Of a stretch of DNA of 64,000 nt, positions 1-9,495 are shown piece by piece. Below the pieces are notes generated by a model. That model had not been told where the DNA came from. It searched no databases and saw nothing but the letters and a program-made list of their open reading frames with translations. The number at the start of each line of letters is the position of its first letter. Within the stretch, counting starts at the first letter, position 1. This DNA is from a virus. Its lineage: Duplodnaviria > Caudoviricetes. The position numbers and the translations under genes are program-made. The stretch lies in IMG/VR virus record IMGVR_UViG_2791355159_000004, positions 10,229 to 74,228 of that record; one strand, given 5' to 3'.

Positions 1-127
1 TTTAAACACTGTGCTCGAAGCCGTATCAGGGCAACTCGGAACTCTTTAAAAGAGGTGAAAGCCTGACCTATTAAAAATCAGAACAAAAAAAGGAAAAAAT
101 GATTGTCTCGCCACGCTCTGAATCTGC

Positions 128-169
128 GGGTCCTCCCGGAGGGGTACCCTGGCCACGAGGCGGCGGCCC
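128..169 (+). other. lambda-like cos site (cosQ GGGTCCT at 128-134; cosN-like AGGCGGCGGCCC at 158-169)
   Basis: Resembles lambda cosQ and cosN (GGGCGGCGACCT flanked by ACG and CGC), upstream of the terminase small subunit. Confidence 0.7.
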
Positions 170-354
170 CGCAGAAAACGGCTAGTTTTGCGATTTTCAT
201 AGGGACACCACCACGTGTCTTAACTAATTGAATATATAAAATAAATCGGCTTTTGAGGTGTCCATTTCGCCAAAACCAGGGACAGGTGGATAGCGGTTAA
301 TTACATGATATTAAAAAGGAAATACGTAAATGAGCTGGTGTGTTGAGGTGAGGA

Positions 355-867
355 ATGTCAGACATCAGCAGAATCGGGGATGCCTATAACTGGAGTGTTG
401 CGAAAATTGCTGAAGCTTTCGGCATAGATCGTAAGACGGTCAGAAAGAAAATCATGAACGCTCAGGTTGCATCCGCCGGAAACATTCGTGGAAATCCGGT
501 CTATGCCCTCAAGGACATCGGTCCTGTTCTCTTTGCCCCTGACGAAGCAGCCACACCTGAAACACTTCATGATCCCTCCCGTATGGATCCTAAATCCCGT
601 AAGGACTGGTTTCAGTCTGAGAATGAGCGCGTAAAGCTTGAAGCTGCGCTCAGCCAGCTCGTTCCTGCTAATGAAGTGCATCGCGAGATGGCCATGATGG
701 CGAAATCTGTTTTACAGGTACTGGATACATGGCCTGACAGGCTGGAGCGCGATCATGGGTGGTCTCCGCATCAGATTTCAGAAGCACAAAGCATTGTTGA
801 TGAAATTCGAGAAGCGCTGGCTGCAGAGATCCGTAGTGCAGATATCGTCGAAGAGAGTGAGTCATGA
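355..867 (+). CDS. Terminase small subunit (Nu1/DUF1441-like)
   Basis: N-terminal wHTH, coiled coil, position between cos and terL, RBS GAGG. Confidence 0.85.
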   Translation: MSDISRIGDAYNWSVAKIAEAFGIDRKTVRKKIMNAQVASAGNIRGNPVYALKDIGPVLFAPDEAATPETLHDPSRMDPKSRKDWFQSENERVKLEAALSQLVPANEVHREMAMMAKSVLQVLDTWPDRLERDHGWSPHQISEAQSIVDEIREALAAEIRSADIVEESES

Positions 868-2963
868 CATACGCCTCAGCTGCTGAGATACGCCGAGACG
901 TATCTGAACTCTTTAAAGCTCCACATCGAATGCCAGTAGCTGATGCGGTTAGACGCTACATGCGCGTGCCTTTGGGTGGCGGCAGTTCACTCCCATGGGA
1001 CGCGACACTGACGCCCTATATTGTTGAACCCATGAACTGCCTGACGTCGCGCAATTATGACGCTGTGGTTTTTGTCGGCCCCGCGCGGACGGGTAAAACG
1101 CTGGGTCTGATTGATGGCTGGATAACCTATTCTGTGGTCTGCGATCCGGCAGATTTTCTGCTGATACAGATGACGGAAGAAAAGGCGCGCGAACATTCAA
1201 AAAAACGCCTTGAACGCACTTTTCGCTGCAGCCCTGAGCTTCACAGCCGTCTCAGCCCACGCGCCAGCGATAATAATGTGCATGACCGGACTTTTCGCGC
1301 CGGCAACTACCTCAAAATTGGCTGGCCATCCGTCAATATCATGTCCTCATCGGATTATCGATATGTTGCACTCACTGACTATGACCGCTGGCCCGATGAT
1401 ATAGACGGGGAGGGGGATGGTTTTTCCCTGGCGTCCAAACGCACCACCACATTTATGTCAGCCGGGATGACGCTGGTGGAGAGCTCCCCGGGCCGGGATA
1501 TTTGCGATACAAAATGGAAGGCTTCGACGCCACATGAAGCACCGCCAGCAACAGGGATCCTCTCGTTATATAACCGGGGCGATCGCCGCCGGTGGTACTG
1601 GCCGTGCCCGCATTGTGGGGAATATTTTCAGCCGGAAATAGCCAGTATGACAGGCTATCGCGGCTATACCGATCCGGTACTGGCCAGTGAGGCTGCACGT
1701 CTGCAGTGTCCGGCCTGCTCTGAACTGATTGAACCCGATATGAAGCGTGTCCTGAATAGCCGCGGCGTCTGGCTGCGTGACGGGCAGAGCATGGATCGTG
1801 AGGGGCAACTCAGCGGGAAGGCACGCCAGTCCCGGATTGCCTCTTTCTGGATGGAGGGGCCGGCAGCGGCATATCAGACATGGACTCAGCTGATTTATAA
1901 ATATCTCACTGCCGAACAGGAGTATCAGGCAACAGGCAGTGAAGAAACCCTTAAAGCCGTCTTCAATACGGATTTCGGCAGGCCTTATTTTCCCCGGACC
2001 GCCCTTGAACAACGTAAGGGAGAACATCTGGAGAGCCGGGCAGAGGATATTCCCGAGCGAACGGTTGCAGACGGGGTGAGGTTTCTTGTTGCAACCGTGG
2101 ATGTGCAGGGCGGCCGGCATCGTCGTTTCGTGGTGCAGATAACCGGATACGGTGCGATGGGAGAACGCTGGGTCGTTGACCGGTACAACATCCGTCATTC
2201 GTTACGCAGCGATGCCCTTGGCGAAAGCCGCCCACTCGATCCCGGCAGTTACCCTGAGGACTGGGATCTGCTTCTCTCGGACGTGCTGTACAAAACCTGG
2301 GCGCTGGCCAGCGATCCGTCAAAACGAATGTCGCTTATGGCGATGGCTGTGGATTCCGGAGGCGAGGACGGTGTGACCGACAACGCCTATCGCTTCTGGC
2401 GAAAATGCCGTCGGGAGGGGGAAGGAAAGCGTGTTTATCTTTTCAAGGGCGACAGCCATAAGCGTGAAAAGCTGATCACCCGGACATGGCCTGACAATAC
2501 CGGACGCTCAGCGCGCCGGGCAAAGGCTGCAGGGGATGTTCCGCTTTATCTGCTCCAGACCGATGCGCTCAAGGACCGGGTAAATAACGCCCTGTGGCGT
2601 GAAGCCCCAGGTCCCAATTACATTCATTTTCCGGCCTGGATCGGGAGCTGGTTTTATGACGAGCTCACCTATGAAGAGCGCTCACCAGAAGGGCGGTGGC
2701 GTAAACCGGGGCGGGGAGCCAATGAAGGATTTGACCTGCTCGTCTATGCCGATGCGCTGGTCATTCTGCATGGCTACGAAAAAATTAAATGGCCTGATGC
2801 ACCTTCATGGGCTCGCCGGGAAACCTGGCTTGAAGACAGTGATACAGATAACACTCTGACAAGCATGTCTCCGCCACTGAAAGCCCGCACCCGCAAACCC
2901 TCATCAGGCCCGACTCCCGACATGACAAACAATCCCTGGATTACAAACGGAGGCTGGATATGA
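864..2963 (+). CDS. Terminase large subunit (lambda gpA family)
   Basis: Walker A GPARTGKT, PCPHCG zinc motif, VDVQ nuclease motif. Confidence 0.95.
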   Translation: MTYASAAEIRRDVSELFKAPHRMPVADAVRRYMRVPLGGGSSLPWDATLTPYIVEPMNCLTSRNYDAVVFVGPARTGKTLGLIDGWITYSVVCDPADFLLIQMTEEKAREHSKKRLERTFRCSPELHSRLSPRASDNNVHDRTFRAGNYLKIGWPSVNIMSSSDYRYVALTDYDRWPDDIDGEGDGFSLASKRTTTFMSAGMTLVESSPGRDICDTKWKASTPHEAPPATGILSLYNRGDRRRWYWPCPHCGEYFQPEIASMTGYRGYTDPVLASEAARLQCPACSELIEPDMKRVLNSRGVWLRDGQSMDREGQLSGKARQSRIASFWMEGPAAAYQTWTQLIYKYLTAEQEYQATGSEETLKAVFNTDFGRPYFPRTALEQRKGEHLESRAEDIPERTVADGVRFLVATVDVQGGRHRRFVVQITGYGAMGERWVVDRYNIRHSLRSDALGESRPLDPGSYPEDWDLLLSDVLYKTWALASDPSKRMSLMAMAVDSGGEDGVTDNAYRFWRKCRREGEGKRVYLFKGDSHKREKLITRTWPDNTGRSARRAKAAGDVPLYLLQTDALKDRVNNALWREAPGPNYIHFPAWIGSWFYDELTYEERSPEGRWRKPGRGANEGFDLLVYADALVILHGYEKIKWPDAPSWARRETWLEDSDTDNTLTSMSPPLKARTRKPSSGPTPDMTNNPWITNGGWI

Positions 2964-3172
2964 ACCAGACCGAGGTGGAAGCCATGATCCGCTATTACAC
3001 CGAGGCAGAGATTGCCGTACTGAGCGGCAAAACCATCATGCTGAACGGACAGTCCATGACGATGGAGAATCTGGCAGACATTCGAAAGGGGCGGCAGGAG
3101 TGGGAGCGCCGCCTGGCCGTATACCTTAAAAAACGCTGTGGTCAGACGGGTTATCGTTTAGCGAGGTTCTGA
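2960..3172 (+). CDS. Head-tail joining protein (gpW-like)
   Basis: 70 aa between terL and portal, translationally coupled. Confidence 0.75.
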   Translation: MNQTEVEAMIRYYTEAEIAVLSGKTIMLNGQSMTMENLADIRKGRQEWERRLAVYLKKRCGQTGYRLARF

Positions 3173-4677
3173 TGTCATTCCTGGATAATGCAATCGGTGC
3201 TTTTTCGCCGTCGTGGAAGGCTGCCAGGCTGCGTGCCCGCATGCAGATCCGCGCCTACGAAGCCGCGCTCCCCACCCGCACACATAAAGCCAGACGCGAA
3301 ACACGCTCAGCCAACCAGCTCAGTCAGGCCGGGGCAGTTTCCCTTCGCCAGCAGGCCAGAGCGCTTGATGCGAATCATGACCTGGTGATCGGCATACTGG
3401 ATAAGCTGGAAGAGCGCGTTATCGGCGCAAAAGGCATCATCGTTGACCCGCATCCGCTGCTGAAAGACGGCCGTGTGGCTACAGAGCTGGTGAAAACCAT
3501 ACGCAAAAAATGGGGTGAATGGTCACTGCGGCCTGATGTCACTGGCGAGTTTTCCCGGCCAGTACTGGAGCGCCTGATGCTGCGCACCTGGCTCAGAGAC
3601 GGGGAGGTTTTTGCTCAGCTGGTGAGCGGCCATGGCGCCGGGCTCAGGGCAGATGGCGGCGTACCTTTCTGGCTTGAAGCACTTGAGCCAGATTTCGTGA
3701 CCATGAACTCCGATCCTGCCGCTGGACTCATTCAGGGCGTCTGGCTGAACGAGTGGGGTAAGCCGCTTAAGTATCAGGTCTATAAAAATCTCCCCGTCAG
3801 CGGTTTGCTCTCTGATACCAAAGAGGTGTCTTCTGACGCCATGCTGCATCTTAAATTTGCGCGGCGTCTGCACCAGGTGAGGGGCATTACCATCCTGTCT
3901 GGTGTGATGATCCGCCTGAGCGCCCTGAAAGATTATGAAGAAAGCGAAATGGTGGCCGCGCGCATTGCCGCTGCTCTGGGGATGTACATCAAAAAAGGTG
4001 ACGGGCAGGACTATTCAGAAAGCCTGAGTGGCAGCAGTGAGCGTGAACTGACTATTCAGCCGGGCATGTTGTATGACGATCTCCGGCAGGGTGAAGAGAT
4101 TGGCATGATCAAGTCAGACCGGCCCAACACCAACCTTGAATCATTCCGGAACGGGCAGCTACGTGCCGTGGCTGCCGGTACACGTCTGAGCTTTTCGAGC
4201 ACCGCCCGCAATTACAACGGCACATACAGCGCGCAGCGGCAGGAGCTGGTGGAGTCTACGGACGGATATCTCATTCTGCAGGACTGTTTTATTGCTGCTG
4301 TCACCCGGCCGGTTTATCGCGCATGGCTGAAGCAGGCGCTTGCGGCGGGCGTGATTAAGCCACCCGCCGACATCGAGCTTTCCACACTGTATGACGCCAT
4401 TTACTCGGGACCCAGTATGCCCTGGATCGACCCTGTGAAGGAGGCGACAGCCTGGAAAATCCAGATACGGGGTGGGGCGGCAACCGAATCCGACTGGGCG
4501 CGAGCGTGCGGGCGCAACCCTGATGAGGTTAAACGTCGCCGCAAAGCGGAAGTCGATGAAAACCAGAAAGAGGGGCTGGTGTTCGACACTGACCCGGCAA
4601 ACGACAAAGGAGTCAGCAGTGACCGAGAAAATAAAGCAGATAAGCCAGCGTCAGGCGATACAGGCGAAGAAGACTGA
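3172..4677 (+). CDS. Portal protein (lambda gpB family)
   Basis: 501 aa, RDGEVF and PWIDPVKE motifs. Confidence 0.93.
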   Translation: MSFLDNAIGAFSPSWKAARLRARMQIRAYEAALPTRTHKARRETRSANQLSQAGAVSLRQQARALDANHDLVIGILDKLEERVIGAKGIIVDPHPLLKDGRVATELVKTIRKKWGEWSLRPDVTGEFSRPVLERLMLRTWLRDGEVFAQLVSGHGAGLRADGGVPFWLEALEPDFVTMNSDPAAGLIQGVWLNEWGKPLKYQVYKNLPVSGLLSDTKEVSSDAMLHLKFARRLHQVRGITILSGVMIRLSALKDYEESEMVAARIAAALGMYIKKGDGQDYSESLSGSSERELTIQPGMLYDDLRQGEEIGMIKSDRPNTNLESFRNGQLRAVAAGTRLSFSSTARNYNGTYSAQRQELVESTDGYLILQDCFIAAVTRPVYRAWLKQALAAGVIKPPADIELSTLYDAIYSGPSMPWIDPVKEATAWKIQIRGGAATESDWARACGRNPDEVKRRRKAEVDENQKEGLVFDTDPANDKGVSSDRENKADKPASGDTGEED

Positions 4678-6613
4678 ATCCTGGTTCTGGATGGCCATAC
4701 GGGGCGAAGCTGAGGCAGAAATTTATATCTATGACGAAATTGGTTTTCAGGGGGTGCCGGCAAAACAGTTTATCAGCGACCTCCAGGCACTCGGCGAGAT
4801 CAAACACATCAACCTTCACATCAATTCGCCGGGTGGCAGCATTTTTGAAGGGATCGCCATTTTTAACGCACTTAAATATCACCCTGCTGCCATTACGGTT
4901 CATGTCGACGGCGTGGCCGCGTCGATGGCCTCCGTCATCGCCATGGTCGGTAATCCGGTCATCATGCCGGCCAACAGTTTCATGATGATCCATAAACCCT
5001 GGGCGGTCGCAGGCGGTGATGCCGATGACATGCGTGATTTCGCTGAACTGCTGGATAAAACAGAAGCTGTGCTCATCCCGGCTTATGCCGCCAAAACAGG
5101 GCTGGCCCATGAGGTTATCGCCGGGATGCTGAAAGAGGAAACCTGGATGGATGGGACCCAGTGTGTCTCGCTGGGATTCGCTGACCAGCTGGCGCCCGCC
5201 GTTCAGGCAATGGCCCGCATTGATTCAAAACGTATCGAGGAGTACGAAAAAATGCCAGAAAACCTTCGCAATATGCTGACGCCGCCGCAGAACAGCCTGA
5301 CGCATGATCCTGCTCCACCTCAGGCAGGTGTGAACGAAGCGGTTTTACGTGAACAGTTCATTGAAGAACAGCGTGTCCGCGCACGGGCGCTCACTGACCT
5401 GTTTGGGATGTTCGGTGATAAATACAATGCTCTGCAGGCAGCTTGCATCGCGGATCCGACGTGCACACTTGAGCTGGCACGCGAGAAGCTGCTGACGCAA
5501 ATGGGCAAAGACAGCACGCCGTCTAACAAATCAGCCGCACCTCACATCTATGCCGGAAACGGTAATTTTACCGGTGACGGTATCCGGCAGGCCATCATGG
5601 CGCGGGCCGGTTATGAGCCACTCCAGTCAGATAACCCTTACAACGCCATGACGCTTCGCGAGCATGCGCGCCTGTCACTGACCGAACGGGGCTTCGGTGT
5701 GGCCAGTTATAACCCGGTACAGATCGTCGGGCTGGCGTTTACGCACAGCACTTCCGATTTTGGCAATATCATGCTGGATGTGTCCTATAAATCCATTCTT
5801 CAGGGCTGGGAACAGGCCCCTGAGACGTTCGGTGAGTGGACCAAAAAGGGACAGCTGTCCGATTTCAAAATTGCGCACCGTGTGGGGCTGGGTGGTTTTC
5901 CTTCGCTACGTCAGGTCCGCGAGGGGGCGGAATACAAATACGTCACGACGTCAGACAAGCAGGCAACGATTGCCCTGGCCACCTACGGTGAGCTGTTCAG
6001 CATCACCCGCCAGGCCATTATCAATGATGACCTGAGCATGCTGACCGATGTTCCCATGAAACTTGGCCGTGCGGCTAAAGCCACGGTGGCAGATCTGGTC
6101 TATGCCATCCTCGTGAAAAATCCGCAACTGAGCACGGATAACATTGCGTTGTTTGCAGACAGCCATGCAAATGTTCTGACCAAAGCCGCAATGGATGTGG
6201 CGTCCCTGGATAAAGCCCGGCAGATGATGCGCCGTCAGAAAGAAGGCGAACGCCATCTCAATATTCGTCCGGCTTTTGTGCTGGTGCCGACCGCCATGGA
6301 GTCCACTGCCAGTCAGGTCATTCGCTCAACGTCTGTTAAAGGCGCCGACATCAACGCCGGTATCATTAACCCCGTGCAGAACTTCGCAACGGTAATTGCC
6401 GAACCACGTCTGGACGATGCCAGCCAGAACACGTTCTACCTCGCGGCGGCAAAAGGTTCGGACACGATTGAGGTCGCTTACCTTAACGGTGTGGATACGC
6501 CGTTTATCGACCAGATGGAGGGATTTACTTCTGATGGTGTCACGACGAAAGTACGCATCGACGCTGGTGTTGCACCTGTTGACTATCGCGGCCTGGTGAA
6601 GTGCACCGCCTGA
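4619..6613 (+). CDS. ClpP-like prohead protease / major capsid protein fusion
   Basis: INSPGG and AASMAS ClpP motifs followed by a capsid domain; probable GTG start at 4619 after GGAG (ORF track starts at 4472). Confidence 0.9.
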   Translation: MTEKIKQISQRQAIQAKKTESWFWMAIRGEAEAEIYIYDEIGFQGVPAKQFISDLQALGEIKHINLHINSPGGSIFEGIAIFNALKYHPAAITVHVDGVAASMASVIAMVGNPVIMPANSFMMIHKPWAVAGGDADDMRDFAELLDKTEAVLIPAYAAKTGLAHEVIAGMLKEETWMDGTQCVSLGFADQLAPAVQAMARIDSKRIEEYEKMPENLRNMLTPPQNSLTHDPAPPQAGVNEAVLREQFIEEQRVRARALTDLFGMFGDKYNALQAACIADPTCTLELAREKLLTQMGKDSTPSNKSAAPHIYAGNGNFTGDGIRQAIMARAGYEPLQSDNPYNAMTLREHARLSLTERGFGVASYNPVQIVGLAFTHSTSDFGNIMLDVSYKSILQGWEQAPETFGEWTKKGQLSDFKIAHRVGLGGFPSLRQVREGAEYKYVTTSDKQATIALATYGELFSITRQAIINDDLSMLTDVPMKLGRAAKATVADLVYAILVKNPQLSTDNIALFADSHANVLTKAAMDVASLDKARQMMRRQKEGERHLNIRPAFVLVPTAMESTASQVIRSTSVKGADINAGIINPVQNFATVIAEPRLDDASQNTFYLAAAKGSDTIEVAYLNGVDTPFIDQMEGFTSDGVTTKVRIDAGVAPVDYRGLVKCTA

Positions 6614-6697
6614 TGCGCCCTGAATAAACCTGAACGCCCGGAAGGGCTTTTTTTATGCCTGAAATCCGGTCAACACGGATCGGGAAGGAGAATAACC

Positions 6698-7021
6698 ATG
6701 GCAAAAAATTATGTGCAGGATGGCAAGACACTGACGTTCATTGCGGACGAAAACTATAAAAGCGGCGATATGGTGCGTGTGGGAGATCGTATCGTTATTG
6801 CCGTAACAGATACCCCGAAAGATTGCGCCGGAACTGGCCTGGCGGAAGGGGTATTCACTTTAGCGAAAAAATCGGGTGAAACCATTCAGGCCGGAAAGCG
6901 CGTGTATGTGTACGACAATCACGTTGTTGCAAACAATCAGGCGGGGGCGGTACCACTCGGTACCGCCTGGGAAAACGCCGAAGGCAAGGCGCCCTTTGTG
7001 GCCGTTAAGCTTTTTGGCTAG
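6698..7021 (+). CDS. DUF2190-family capsid cement protein
   Basis: MAKNYVQDG start typical of this family, downstream of the capsid gene. Confidence 0.8.
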   Translation: MAKNYVQDGKTLTFIADENYKSGDMVRVGDRIVIAVTDTPKDCAGTGLAEGVFTLAKKSGETIQAGKRVYVYDNHVVANNQAGAVPLGTAWENAEGKAPFVAVKLFG

Positions 7022-7325
7022 CCCGTTTTTCCGCCTGACTGACAGGATGGACGATGTCACTGCACGCCGGTTCGGTCAGGCCGTAGTGATTAATGGGCGG
7101 ACGATGTGCGCAACTGAACATGCCTTTACGGCTGACATGGGACCACTGTCCGGAGAGGGCGTGTCGTTAATTGTCTTCGACAGGGCTTATCAGCCCGAAC
7201 GACATGATCGGGTTGAATGGCAGGAGAAACACTGGAGAGTGACCCGCTGGCAGTTTTACAACGGCAAGCCGCAAATCTGGCTTGAGGAGGATAAAAGTGT
7301 GGGGACTGAACCAGGCACTGAATAA
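7014..7325 (+). CDS. Head-tail joining/closure protein (gpFII-like); start uncertain
   Basis: Position in gene order; C-terminal YNGKPQIWLE motif. Confidence 0.65.
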   Translation: MASPFFRLTDRMDDVTARRFGQAVVINGRTMCATEHAFTADMGPLSGEGVSLIVFDRAYQPERHDRVEWQEKHWRVTRWQFYNGKPQIWLEEDKSVGTEPGTE

Positions 7326-7857
7326 CCTGTATGAGCTCGATCGTCAGCTGGTGCCCCGCGCGCTGGCGCAGGCGGTGAACCGTGTGGCCCGTCGCGTCAT
7401 TACGCGCTGCACACGCGAGGTTGCAAAGCAGACGCGTGTTCCTCAGAAGCTGGTCAGGCAGCGTGTCCGGCTACGCCCGGCCACGCCGGGCCATGCTGAT
7501 CCGACCGCGCGACTGGTCGTTAACCGCGGGGATTTGCCGGCTATCAGTCTGGGCACGGCCCGTCTGCAGCTGTCCCGGCGAAAAACAGTGGCCGGCCGGC
7601 ATGGCAGCGTGCTGAAAATCGGGCGGTTTACTTTCCGAAATGCATTTATACAGCAACTGGCTAACGGCCGCTGGCATGTACTGCAGCGGACCGGCCGCAG
7701 TCGCTATCCGGTTCAGGTTGTAAAAATCCCGCTGTCCGGACCGCTGACGGAGAGCTATCAGAAACAAAGCCGGCAGTTGCTGGAAACGGATATGCAGGCT
7801 GAACTGGCCGCCGCGCTCAGACAGCAACTGAGGCTTTACCTGAGGAAGAGGGTATGA
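7282..7857 (+). CDS. Minor tail protein Z-like
   Basis: Basic protein with AFIQQLANGRWHV and RYPVQVVKIPL, like lambda gpZ. Confidence 0.88.
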   Translation: MRRIKVWGLNQALNNLYELDRQLVPRALAQAVNRVARRVITRCTREVAKQTRVPQKLVRQRVRLRPATPGHADPTARLVVNRGDLPAISLGTARLQLSRRKTVAGRHGSVLKIGRFTFRNAFIQQLANGRWHVLQRTGRSRYPVQVVKIPLSGPLTESYQKQSRQLLETDMQAELAAALRQQLRLYLRKRV

Positions 7858-8252
7858 AAAAACATGCTGAAATCAGGCGCACCCTCACGGATGCGCTTAA
7901 GTCCCACATCAGCGGGGCGGCCTTTCATGATGGCCGCCCCGTTTTTATTGATGAAAAAGAACTGCCCGTCGTAGCCGTTTATCTGTCAGACGCCCGCTAC
8001 AGCGGTAACTATCTGGATGCAGAAGCCTGGCAGGCCACGCTGCATATCGAGGTATTCCTCCGGGCAACCCAACCGGATACGGCACTGGATGAGTGGGTTG
8101 AACGCCATATCCTTCCGGCACTCGTTAATGTGCCGGCACTTTCATCCGTGATCGATACGCTCACGCCGCAGAGTTATGACTGGCAGCGAGACACTGAAAT
8201 GGCGAGCTGGGGTTCAGCCGATCTGACTTATCTCATTACCTATCAGATGTAA
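7854..8252 (+). CDS. Tail terminator U-like
   Basis: DGRP, LPVVAVYL and WGSADLTY motifs of lambda gpU. Confidence 0.9.
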   Translation: MKKHAEIRRTLTDALKSHISGAAFHDGRPVFIDEKELPVVAVYLSDARYSGNYLDAEAWQATLHIEVFLRATQPDTALDEWVERHILPALVNVPALSSVIDTLTPQSYDWQRDTEMASWGSADLTYLITYQM

Positions 8253-8261
8253 GGAGCCACT

Positions 8262-8786
8262 ATGGCGACACCTAATCCTCTTGCATCAGTCAAAGGTGCA
8301 GGAACCACCTTACTGATTTTCACCGGCAGCGGCGATGCCACCGCTAAACCTCTGAACGATGACGGCTGGACACGGCTCGCCCAGATCCGGGAGCTGCAGC
8401 CTGGCGAAATCAGTGCGGAAAGTTACGACGACACCTGGCTGGACGATCCGGACGCCGACTGGAAAGCCACGGCGCAGGGCGAGAAATCGGCGGGAGAAGC
8501 CAGTATTACGCTTGCCTGGAAACCCGGCGAGCAGGGACAGAAAGATTTACTGAGCTGGTTTCACAGTGGGGAGGTTCGCTATTACAAGATTCGCTATCCG
8601 AACGGCACGGTTGATCTGTTCCGGGGCTGGGTCAGCAGCCTGGGCAAGACCATTCCGGCAAAAGAGGTCATCACGCGAACCATCAAGGTAACGAACAGCG
8701 GCCGTCCGGTTCTGGCTGAGGAAATTCCGCAGTCGCCTGCACCTGCGCCACATTCTGACAATAAGAATGATAAAGGAGGTCTCTGA
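8262..8786 (+). CDS. Major tail tube protein V-like (no C-terminal Ig domain)
   Basis: VKGAGTT, QGEKSAG and IRYPNGTVD motifs of lambda gpV N-domain. Confidence 0.9.
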   Translation: MATPNPLASVKGAGTTLLIFTGSGDATAKPLNDDGWTRLAQIRELQPGEISAESYDDTWLDDPDADWKATAQGEKSAGEASITLAWKPGEQGQKDLLSWFHSGEVRYYKIRYPNGTVDLFRGWVSSLGKTIPAKEVITRTIKVTNSGRPVLAEEIPQSPAPAPHSDNKNDKGGL

Positions 8787-9181
8787 TGTTTCTGGAAAAA
8801 ACCGTGTTTCATTACGGGCCTGAGCAAATGGAGTTATCTGAACTGACAGCGCTGCAGCGCGCCGAGTTTTTTGCGTTTATTGCCAGTTCTGACGTGGTTA
8901 AAGATAAGGCTCCCTCGGACGCAGCCCGGAACGCAGCACTGGTCAGGCTGAATACGGAGTCCAGTGCCTGGCTTGTTTCGCGTGCGCTCTGGAATTGTCA
9001 TCGTGAGGCGGACGTTAACGATATTTATCAGGGGATCCTGGCCGACTGGCCCGAAAAGGCGCTGTGTGTGGCTGCGGAAAAGGTGATGGTTCTCAGCGAT
9101 CTCAAGGGGGATGAAAAGCCGGCCGAGCCATCCGGCCCCGGGGAGGATGACCTGAAGGTAAAGCCGACGGACGAGAGCTGA
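8786..9181 (+). CDS. Tail assembly chaperone G
   Basis: MFLEKT...LSELTALQR like lambda gpG; GGTAAAG slippery-like site at 9157-9163. Confidence 0.85.
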   Translation: MFLEKTVFHYGPEQMELSELTALQRAEFFAFIASSDVVKDKAPSDAARNAALVRLNTESSAWLVSRALWNCHREADVNDIYQGILADWPEKALCVAAEKVMVLSDLKGDEKPAEPSGPGEDDLKVKPTDES

Positions 9182-9189
9182 AATTTATC

Positions 9190-9495
9190 ATGTTTCTGGC
9201 CCATGAGTTTCGCCGTCCTGACTGGCGCCGGATGCTGAGCGAGATGACGTCTTCTGAACTCGCAGACTGGCAGCGTTATTTCGCCATTGTGCCGTTCAGC
9301 CATCGCCTGCTGGATGCTGAATTTGCGACGCTCAGCAGCACAATGGTGGCGCTCGCCACAGGCGAATGCGGGCTGACTGCAGAAGACTTCAGCCTGCTCA
9401 GTGGCTCAGGAACCGGTGACCTCATGACTGATGACATGCTGATGGCCGTGGCAGAGTCCATGGGAGGAGAACGCCATGTCCCAGCAGATCGCTGA
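9190..9495 (+). CDS. Tail assembly chaperone T (GT -1 frameshift portion)
   Basis: LAHEFRRPDWRRML motif; in the -1 frame relative to G. Confidence 0.85.
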   Translation: MFLAHEFRRPDWRRMLSEMTSSELADWQRYFAIVPFSHRLLDAEFATLSSTMVALATGECGLTAEDFSLLSGSGTGDLMTDDMLMAVAESMGGERHVPADR